From Candidatus Magasanikiibacteriota bacterium (GTDB lineage Bacteria; Patescibacteriota; Patescibacteriia; Magasanikbacterales; GWA2-37-8), in assembly GCA_016189025.1 (NCBI GenBank), contig JACPGS010000018.1, forward strand, positions 6,921-70,920: 64,000 nt of DNA, read 5' to 3'. Position 1 is the first letter of the stretch. Each line of letters starts with the position of its first letter. This document shows, one piece after another, positions 57,728 through 64,000 of the stretch. Below the pieces are notes generated by a model that ran no database searches, had not been told where the DNA came from, and saw only the letters and a program-made list of their open reading frames with translations. A program made the position numbers and the translations under genes.

Positions 57728-58600
57728 ATGCCTAGAGAATTATCAGCCGAACCACAACGGGAGCAAGAACGCCGGCCGGAAAATTTTATCACGGCCTATT
57801 ATATGCGCCACGGTGAAAGTTCATCTGATAAAAATGATCCGTTGCGCGGGTTAACCGATAAAGGGATAGAGCAGGTACGAAAGGCAGTAGAGCGGGTAGC
57901 GTCAGAAATTCCCGATAAGAATTCACAAATTCGGCTATATAGCAGTGGCAGCGAACGCACCCGGCAGCAGTGCATTGTGGCGGCTGCGGTGTTACGCGAT
58001 GCCAATTTTACCAATATCACGATTGATGCCAATTCTTTGCCCGAAAAGCGCGCCGAGTTAACCGGCAAGGGAGTGCGCTTCACCAAAATCCTTTCCGGCG
58101 ATGAATTAAAAGAAGCGCAGGCAGCGACGATTGCCCAGTTAGGTTTGCGCCAAGAGGGCCCCGGCATTGGCAAAAGAATCGCGGAACTCAAAGCGCCTAA
58201 AGAATATCCGACTAAACTTAGGGGGTTGGAGGCTGATACCGGGATTAGTGCGGTAGTCCATTGGCTAACGGATAAAGAAGTGCCGGCCGGAGCAGAATCG
58301 CGAGCGCAAAAAGCTGCCACGGTAGCTAAAGCAGTAGAGATTGCCAATCGCTGGGCAGAGCACATGCGCCGCGCTGCGGAAAAAGGCAAAGAAGTTAAGC
58401 CAATGGTGGCTTTAGCATTCGGTCATTCTTCGGCGCTCACTGCCTATGGCGCTGATGTTTTTGGCTGGCAAGGTGAAGAGTTGGCAGAGGTAGAAAACGC
58501 CGAAGGATTAAAAATAGATTTCTCTGGTATTGCCGACGAAACACCCCGTATTCAGCCATTCGGCGAGAAGATTGAGGCCAAGGTAAATCCTATCGGATAA
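57728..58600 (+). CDS. Histidine phosphatase superfamily protein
   Basis: RHGES, LT.KG..Q, SS...RT.Q and C-terminal GH motifs. Confidence 0.8.
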   Translation: MPRELSAEPQREQERRPENFITAYYMRHGESSSDKNDPLRGLTDKGIEQVRKAVERVASEIPDKNSQIRLYSSGSERTRQQCIVAAAVLRDANFTNITIDANSLPEKRAELTGKGVRFTKILSGDELKEAQAATIAQLGLRQEGPGIGKRIAELKAPKEYPTKLRGLEADTGISAVVHWLTDKEVPAGAESRAQKAATVAKAVEIANRWAEHMRRAAEKGKEVKPMVALAFGHSSALTAYGADVFGWQGEELAEVENAEGLKIDFSGIADETPRIQPFGEKIEAKVNPIG

Positions 58601-58756
58601 TCAAAGAGATTGTATCCAAAAATTCCCTTGATATTTATAAAACCCTGGACTTTTTGGTTCAGGGTCCTTTTTAATATCTCACTCGTGAGAAACTAAAGAG
58701 GGGTGCCGAGCGGGGGGAGATGAACTTCCCCCCGCTCGGTAGATTGGGTGAGGTTG

Positions 58757-59662
58757 TTAGCGGGCGCCGTTGGTCGCGCCGGCGTCCGTGGCCCGACGGC
58801 CGTTGCCCTGACGCCTCCGGTTCGACGGGGTGATGCGCGGCGGGTTGGAGAACGACGTCGTGGCCGGCGCGGGCGTGGGCGTGGGCGTGGGCTCCTGCGG
58901 CGGCTCCGCCGGCGCTGCCTCCGGCGCGGGGACGACGGGCGCGGCGGCGGCGGGGATGCGCTCGTCATCGGGCGACGGGAGCGGATCACTGCTCGCGCGC
59001 ACCTCGGGCGGCGGGGTGGGCGGGGCGGTGGCGAACGGCTCGGTCGTCTCCGGCGCCTGGACCGCCGGCTCGGGGATCGCCTGGAAGGCGAGGTTGGGAT
59101 TGGCGATCGCCTCGGCGGGGCGGCTGGCCTCGGTCTCGGTCAGCATGACCACGAGCGGCGCGTCGAAGTGCGTCAGCCCGGGGAAGCCGAGCTTCAGCCG
59201 GTGGGCCGGCGCGATGACGACGAGCGCCTGGGCCCCGGCCTCGGCCGCCGACTTCACGGCCTCGCTGATGGCGGCGCGTACCGTCTGCTCGAGCTGTTTC
59301 CACACCTGCCCCAGCGCCCGCGCGTCGCTCGGCTCCAGGTAGGAGACGCGGCGCGCGTAGGCCTCGTTGAGCGAGCCGTCCTGCGCCAGCAGGTGCTGGA
59401 GCAGGTCGTTGCCGTACCGGTGGCAGGCGTTGAACCGCTGGTCGCCGGCCACGCCGTCGTGCTCCACCCAGATGGGGTGGAGCCCGCGGCCGAGGGCGGC
59501 GTTGACCGGCTCGCTCTCGGCGATGCCGGTCGGACCGGTCCAGCGCAGCTGGGCGATGCCCTGCTGGTCGCAGTGGTCGTAGATGCGGGCGCTCGCCGCC
59601 CGCAGGGTGGCGAAGTCGATGACTTCGCCGAGGAGGGGGAGGGGAACGAGGAAGAGTTTCAT
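58757..59662 (-). CDS. Hypothetical protein with Pro/Ala/Thr-rich tail (GC-rich orphan)
   Basis: GGAG SD, strong G/C third-position bias, own promoter. Confidence 0.6.
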   Translation of the reverse strand: MKLFLVPLPLLGEVIDFATLRAASARIYDHCDQQGIAQLRWTGPTGIAESEPVNAALGRGLHPIWVEHDGVAGDQRFNACHRYGNDLLQHLLAQDGSLNEAYARRVSYLEPSDARALGQVWKQLEQTVRAAISEAVKSAAEAGAQALVVIAPAHRLKLGFPGLTHFDAPLVVMLTETEASRPAEAIANPNLAFQAIPEPAVQAPETTEPFATAPPTPPPEVRASSDPLPSPDDERIPAAAAPVVPAPEAAPAEPPQEPTPTPTPAPATTSFSNPPRITPSNRRRQGNGRRATDAGATNGAR

Positions 59663-59878
59663 TGGTATCTCCGCGCTTGGCCGTGGTATTGCTAGGTTCC
59701 TTCTCCGGCCGTTAAGAAGGTAGCTAGCCAGTGAAGATCTTCTTCACCGTTTAGCTACCTTCTTTAATCATTTTTTGGGGCGCTTTCGGAGTTAGGATGT
59801 CAAGGTACTCACCGGTTACGGCTGGCAGCCTAGCGCTTAAGTGGGGCGCCGGAATAGGCCGCACCGCCATAACTTTAC

Positions 59879-59922
59879 AGCTTACCCCCTGCCTTTACTT
59901 TCGTCAAGAGCTTGAGTATAAT
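59879..59922. promoter_or_regulatory. Overlapping divergent sigma-70-type promoters
   Basis: Minus strand TTGACG-17-TAAGCT; plus strand TTTACT-17-TATAAT. Confidence 0.65.
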
Positions 59923-59941
59923 GGCTTGTGCATAACTTAAT

Positions 59942-60955
59942 ATGTCGCATTTAAAATTTTTTCCCGATCTTACCAAAAAAGATGTGGCAATAGCCGGCGG
60001 CAAGGGCGCGTCGCTCGGCGAACTGACGCGAGCCGGAATTCCGGTGCCGCCCGGGTTTGTGGTGCTGGCGGCGGCTTGGGACAGATTTTTAGAAGAAACC
60101 GATCTTAATGCCGAAATTATGGCGCGACTCAAAGAGGTTAATCCGGCTGATACCAATTCAGTGGATCGGGCCAGCAATGTTTTGCGTGATGCGATTCATG
60201 ATCGGTCGCTGCCGGCTGATTTAGGCGAGGAGATTTTGGCGGCGTTTGACGAGTTAGGGAGTAAAAAGTCGGGGGCTCGGAATGACAGCGCGTGTTTGGT
60301 AGCGGTGCGATCGAGCGCGACCGCCGAGGACTCGGCAGTGGCGAGCTGGGCCGGTGAGCTGGAAACGTATTTGAACACCAGGCGGGAAAATGTTTTAGAG
60401 CGAGTGAAACTATGCTGGTCGTCGCTTTTTACCCCGCGCGCTATTTTTTATCGCCACGAAAAAAATCTGATTGATCATTATGTATCGGTCGCGGTAGTAG
60501 TGCAGCAAATGGTGCAATCAGAAATCTCCGGCATTGCTTTTACCGTGCATCCGGTAACCGAGGACCGGGACCAGATGATTATTGAAGCGGGATTTGGCCT
60601 CGGCGAAGCGATTGTCGGCGGCCAGATTACGCCGGACTCGTATGTAGTAAGCAAGAGCGAGATGAGTATTATTGATATTAATGTTAGTACCCAGACCAGA
60701 AAGTTAGTGAAAAAGGTAAAAGGGGGAAAGGGACAAACCGACGAGGAAAATAAGTCTAACGAATGGGTAGATTTGAGTGAAGCGGAAGGAGGCCGGCAAA
60801 AGTTAAGCGGCCAGCAGATTATTGAGCTGGCGGCGATTTGCCAGAGGATTGAAAAACATTACGGATTCCCCTGCGACATTGAGTGGGCGTATGAGGGGGG
60901 AAAATTCTACGTTACCCAAAGCCGGCCGATTACGACCTTAAAAATCCGCGGTTAA
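59942..60955 (+). CDS. Stand-alone PEP synthase/PPDK N-terminal ATP-grasp domain protein
   Basis: GGKGASLGEL, VP.GF, VAVRSSATAEDS, VVVQ.MV, GLGEA.V.G..PD and DIEWA...Q.RPITT, then stop; no His domain or PEP-binding barrel. Confidence 0.92.
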   Translation: MSHLKFFPDLTKKDVAIAGGKGASLGELTRAGIPVPPGFVVLAAAWDRFLEETDLNAEIMARLKEVNPADTNSVDRASNVLRDAIHDRSLPADLGEEILAAFDELGSKKSGARNDSACLVAVRSSATAEDSAVASWAGELETYLNTRRENVLERVKLCWSSLFTPRAIFYRHEKNLIDHYVSVAVVVQQMVQSEISGIAFTVHPVTEDRDQMIIEAGFGLGEAIVGGQITPDSYVVSKSEMSIIDINVSTQTRKLVKKVKGGKGQTDEENKSNEWVDLSEAEGGRQKLSGQQIIELAAICQRIEKHYGFPCDIEWAYEGGKFYVTQSRPITTLKIRG

Positions 60956-61031
60956 CAGCAATTGACACGTTGGTAATCAGTATTGTATTATTGAATAGTC
61001 GGGGAGGCTTAATTATTTAATTTTTTGCGGT

Positions 61032-61484
61032 ATGCCTCCAAGCAATACCAAACAGACAGCCGGGGAAAGTCAAACGCTCGGGGAGATTTTAGAAATCGTC
61101 CAATTTATTAAGGACAACGCGGCTAGCCAGGTTAGCGTGGATAAGTTAGACGAACGCGTTAGCTCTCTTGAGGACAAGGTGTCATCGCTTGACGATAAGG
61201 TGTCGTCACTTGATAGCAAGGTGTCATCGCTTGATAGCAGGGTGGCTGCTTTAGAAAATGCAGTAATCCAGGGATTTGCCGAAATGCACCGCCGTTTTTC
61301 TCAAGTGGATACGGAATTGGATTCTATTTATCGCGAATTGGAAACTATTAAAAAAGAATTACAGCAGTTAGATAAACGGGACGCCGAGGATGCCAATGCT
61401 TTGGCTCATGACGTGCTGACTTTAAGGGAGCGTTTGGAACAATTGGAACAGCGGCTGCGACAGCTGGAGTTAGCGCGTGCTTAG
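61032..61484 (+). CDS. Coiled-coil protein with 7-aa tandem repeats
   Basis: VSSLEDK-VSSLDDK-VSSLDSK-VSSLDSR, encoded by 21-nt repeats. Confidence 0.75.
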   Translation: MPPSNTKQTAGESQTLGEILEIVQFIKDNAASQVSVDKLDERVSSLEDKVSSLDDKVSSLDSKVSSLDSRVAALENAVIQGFAEMHRRFSQVDTELDSIYRELETIKKELQQLDKRDAEDANALAHDVLTLRERLEQLEQRLRQLELARA

Positions 61485-61491
61485 GCTTCTC

Positions 61492-61521
61492 TTGACAGCC
61501 AGGGCAAAAGTATGTTATACT
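61492..61521 (+). promoter_or_regulatory. Sigma-70-type promoter
   Basis: TTGACA-18-TATACT with TGn extension. Confidence 0.65.
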
Positions 61522-61644
61522 GTAGGTCAATATTGGGCAATCGCGTGGTAAATCAGCAAAAACCAAGCGTAGGTTCCCAAAAAGGTCGTTTCACTATAGT
61601 CGTTCTCAAACCACATTTTGGGAACCTAAACGCAAAAAAGAGTT

Positions 61645-61974
61645 ATGGCATTTGATTCTCCCCGGCAGATGTACCCGGTCAACGAGAAGTGCGCCGGTTG
61701 CGGCGTGGCGATTACCGAGCTGCCCTTCCAACCGACGGCGGGTCGCCCGGTGTACTGCACCGATTGCAATCGTCAGTATCGCGATCGGCGGCGCGGCGGT
61801 GGTGGCGGTGGCGGCGGCATGAGCCGCGGTCCGCGCCAGATGTACGCCGTAGACCTGCAATGCGCCGGCTGCGGCACGGCTATTACCGAGCTGCCGTTCC
61901 AGCCCACCGGCGATCGTCCGGTTTATTGCCGCACCTGCCTGGCCGCTAAACGCGGCAGCGCGATGGCAGCCTAA
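61645..61974 (+). CDS. Tandem CxxC-x17-CxxC zinc-ribbon protein
   Basis: Two copies of PRQMY.V..C..CG..ITELPFQP...RPVYC..C joined by a Gly linker. Confidence 0.88.
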   Translation: MAFDSPRQMYPVNEKCAGCGVAITELPFQPTAGRPVYCTDCNRQYRDRRRGGGGGGGGMSRGPRQMYAVDLQCAGCGTAITELPFQPTGDRPVYCRTCLAAKRGSAMAA

Positions 61975-61994
61975 AGTTGTCCATTGTCAAAAAC

Positions 61995-62029
61995 AAAAGC
62001 CCGCGGTATAATTACGGCGGGTTTTTTGT
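61995..62029 (+). terminator. Intrinsic terminator
   Basis: CCCGC...GCGGG followed by TTTTTTGTT. Confidence 0.7.
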
Positions 62030-62099
62030 TGTCATCCCCGCGTAAGCGGGGATCCATATTGAATTATGACTCTGGATTCCCGCTTTCGCGGGAATGACA
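62030..62099. repeat. Family C palindromic element
   Basis: TGTCATCCCCGCG...GGATCC...GGATTCCCGC...CGCGGGAATGACA. Confidence 0.85.
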
Positions 62100-62119
62100 G
62101 CGGTAGCGTCTTAATCATT

Positions 62120-62740
62120 ATGAGCACTCAAGAACAGCGTGCCTTAATCAGTTACACCAAACAAAAAGTAGCGCGGCATTTTCGCCATCATCGCGACCCC
62201 TCGCACGGCGCGGCGCATGCCGAGCGGGTGCGGCGATTGGCCGCCTATTTATCTGCCCGCGAGGGACAGCCGGCATTTTTAGCGGAACTCGCGGCGCTGC
62301 TGCACGACATCGGCCGTCGCGTAGAGCGCCGGCGCATTCCGCTAACGCACCACGAGCTTTCTTATCGGTTGTGTCGAGAGTGGCTTCGTGCCGATCGCCG
62401 GTTTGACGCGCTAACGCCGGCGCAAAAGCGCGAGGTGCTTTATGCCGTTCGTTATCACGGCAATGACGACGCCAACGATTACCGGAGCGCTGCTCTGGTG
62501 CGCGATGCCGATAAACTTGACGCCTTTGGTAAAATCGGGCTGCGGCGCTCGGTCATTCACTGCCAGACCTCGGAAGTTGCTTTGCCGCTTAACGTCAGTT
62601 TGCGCCTGCGCTACCATCTGCTGCATTTTTTTAAGACCGCGGCGGCGCGCCGTCTGGTGCGGCAGCGGCGCCTGATGGAGCCGATTGCCGATTATCTGCG
62701 CCGGCTGAATCGGAAATTGATTAAGCCGATCCGGTTGTAG
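62120..62740 (+). CDS. HD-domain phosphohydrolase
   Basis: SH...H..RV, ALLHDIG, HH, H and DADKLD motifs; ATG at 62120. Confidence 0.88.
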   Translation: MSTQEQRALISYTKQKVARHFRHHRDPSHGAAHAERVRRLAAYLSAREGQPAFLAELAALLHDIGRRVERRRIPLTHHELSYRLCREWLRADRRFDALTPAQKREVLYAVRYHGNDDANDYRSAALVRDADKLDAFGKIGLRRSVIHCQTSEVALPLNVSLRLRYHLLHFFKTAAARRLVRQRRLMEPIADYLRRLNRKLIKPIRL

Positions 62741-62752
62741 TCTGCCGCTGTT

Positions 62753-64000
62753 ATGGCGCCGCCCAAACGGATTAAAGTATTATGTGCCTTAAGCGGGGGG
62801 GTGGATTCCTCGGTCGCCGCGGCTTTATTGGTGCGCGCCGGTTACCGCGTCACGGCAGCCTTCATGGTGAATTATGACGACCAAGAACCCATTCGCTTCG
62901 CTCAGGGCAGGCAAGGAGCAATTAGCAATGAGCCGAGACCAGCGAGTTGTTGGCTGCCGGATTATCGCGATGCGGTGCGGGTGGCCGCCCGTCTGGAGAT
63001 CCCCATTATTAAATTAGATTTTACCAAAGAATACCGGAAGTTTGTTCTGAATTATTTATTCCGGGAATACGCCGCCGGGCGCACGCCGAATCCGGACATC
63101 TTATGCAATAAGTTTGTTAAATTCGGCGCCTGGCTTACTAAAGCGCGGGAATTAGGGTTTGATTATCTGGCGACGGGGCATTATGCGAAAGTCACTACGG
63201 TGAATAATTATTCGTCACCCCCGCGGAAGCGGGGGCCCAGAGAGGTAGATTTCCGCTGGCGCGGGAATGACGATAGGGCTGCCTTTCGTTTATTAGAAGC
63301 AAGAGATAAAAACAAAGACCAAACCTATTTTTTACACCAGCTTACTCAAGCGCAATTAGCGCCCGTGTTGTTTCCCCTCGGTGAATATACTAAACCAGAA
63401 GTGCGGCGGTTGGCCAAGCGTTGGGGATTGCCGACCGCGGAAAAAGAGGAGAGCATGGGTATTTGTTTTGTCGGCGAAGTGCCAATGAAGGAATTTTTGC
63501 AAACCAGAATCAAGCCGAAGCCCGGCAAAATTGTGCTAGCTGATGGTACGGTGGTGGGGAAGCACGACGGGTTGGCGTTTTACACGATCGGGCAACGCCA
63601 TTCTCTTAACCTGTCATCCCGAGCCGAGTCGAGGGATCCCATTCGGCAGGCTCAGGGCAGGCCCTCCGCTCCCCATTCGACTCGTCCTCCTACGGGGGAT
63701 TCGCTTCGGGGCGGTCGGGATGACGGTAAGCCATTATACGTTGTTGCTAAACGCTTGCCGGCTAACGAACTGGTGGTGGGCTACGAGAATGATCCGCTGT
63801 TGTATAAAAAAGAAACGGTGGTGGCCGAGGTGAATTGGATCAGTGGACACCCGCCTAAATTGCCGCTACAATGCTTAGTGCGGTTGAGGCACCGGCAGCC
63901 ACTCCAGCGATGCGTGGTTAGCTGTTATTCCAAGCGGAGCCTTTCCACTGCGCTCAGGGCAAACTCCGCGAAGTCGAGGAATCTCTTAACCGTTCGTTTT
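62753..64000 (+). CDS. mnmA: tRNA 2-thiouridylase MnmA (3' end outside window) with in-frame repeat insertions
   Basis: Hand-translated: SGGVDSSV, GRTPNPDILCN..VKFG, ATGHYA, KDQTYFL, ESMGICF.G, YTIGQR and RHRQ; absent from the ORF track because it runs off the window. Confidence 0.95.
   Translation, partial: MAPPKRIKVLCALSGGVDSSVAAALLVRAGYRVTAAFMVNYDDQEPIRFAQGRQGAISNEPRPASCWLPDYRDAVRVAARLEIPIIKLDFTKEYRKFVLNYLFREYAAGRTPNPDILCNKFVKFGAWLTKARELGFDYLATGHYAKVTTVNNYSSPPRKRGPREVDFRWRGNDDRAAFRLLEARDKNKDQTYFLHQLTQAQLAPVLFPLGEYTKPEVRRLAKRWGLPTAEKEESMGICFVGEVPMKEFLQTRIKPKPGKIVLADGTVVGKHDGLAFYTIGQRHSLNLSSRAESRDPIRQAQGRPSAPHSTRPPTGDSLRGGRDDGKPLYVVAKRLPANELVVGYENDPLLYKKETVVAEVNWISGHPPKLPLQCLVRLRHRQPLQRCVVSCYSKRSLSTALRANSAKSRNLLTVRF

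Noticed and set aside
56597-59695. Long plus-strand ORFs 56629, 56643, 58748 and 58830, and the alternatives at 24686 and 24780
   Set aside because: Shadow frames of GC-rich minus-strand genes that have SD sites, promoters and third-position bias
44752-60955. Annotation as multiple PEP synthases or PTS enzyme I
   Set aside because: No gene has the C-terminal PEP/pyruvate-binding barrel; the His domain is C-terminal and the ATP-grasp is separate
59942-60955. Truncated ppsA pseudogene
   Set aside because: Motifs are intact, the ORF ends cleanly at the domain boundary and no remnant of the remaining domains follows; a split ppsA partner elsewhere cannot be excluded
1-64000. Alternative genetic code (TGA read as Gly)
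   Set aside because: Conserved genes are full length in code 11 and several end at TGA at expected positions (pyrG, rplI)

Overview
Bacterial chromosomal window in the standard genetic code. Gene content and the near-absence of Shine-Dalgarno sites on core genes suggest a Patescibacteria/CPR-type genome (inference). Most of the window is housekeeping: dnaJ end, ECF sigma/anti-sigma, rnhA, murA, S41 protease, era, rplI, pyrG, a surface-glycosylation cluster, recJ, lepA, murJ, mraZ-rsmH, a membrane-anchored Clp-like ATPase, rplU, recR-ybaB, dnaB, a VirD4-like ATPase, nnrD and the start of mnmA. The standout region is 44.7-61.0 kb. It holds seven tandem paralogues, each a divergent N-terminal domain fused to a conserved C-terminal phosphohistidine swivel domain and none with an ATP-binding domain. 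One stand-alone PEP-synthase-type ATP-grasp gene and three phosphatases lie among or near them, which looks like a split, modular dikinase/phosphotransferase system. Inside that array is an orphan PemK/MazF-fold gene facing a candidate small RNA. The window also carries two dispersed structured repeat families with compensatory base changes, palindromic elements inserted in frame into mnmA and a beta-CASP nuclease, and several orphan genes with strong SD sites and a shared promoter/leader layout. No rRNA, tRNA, CRISPR array, integrase or transposase was seen.
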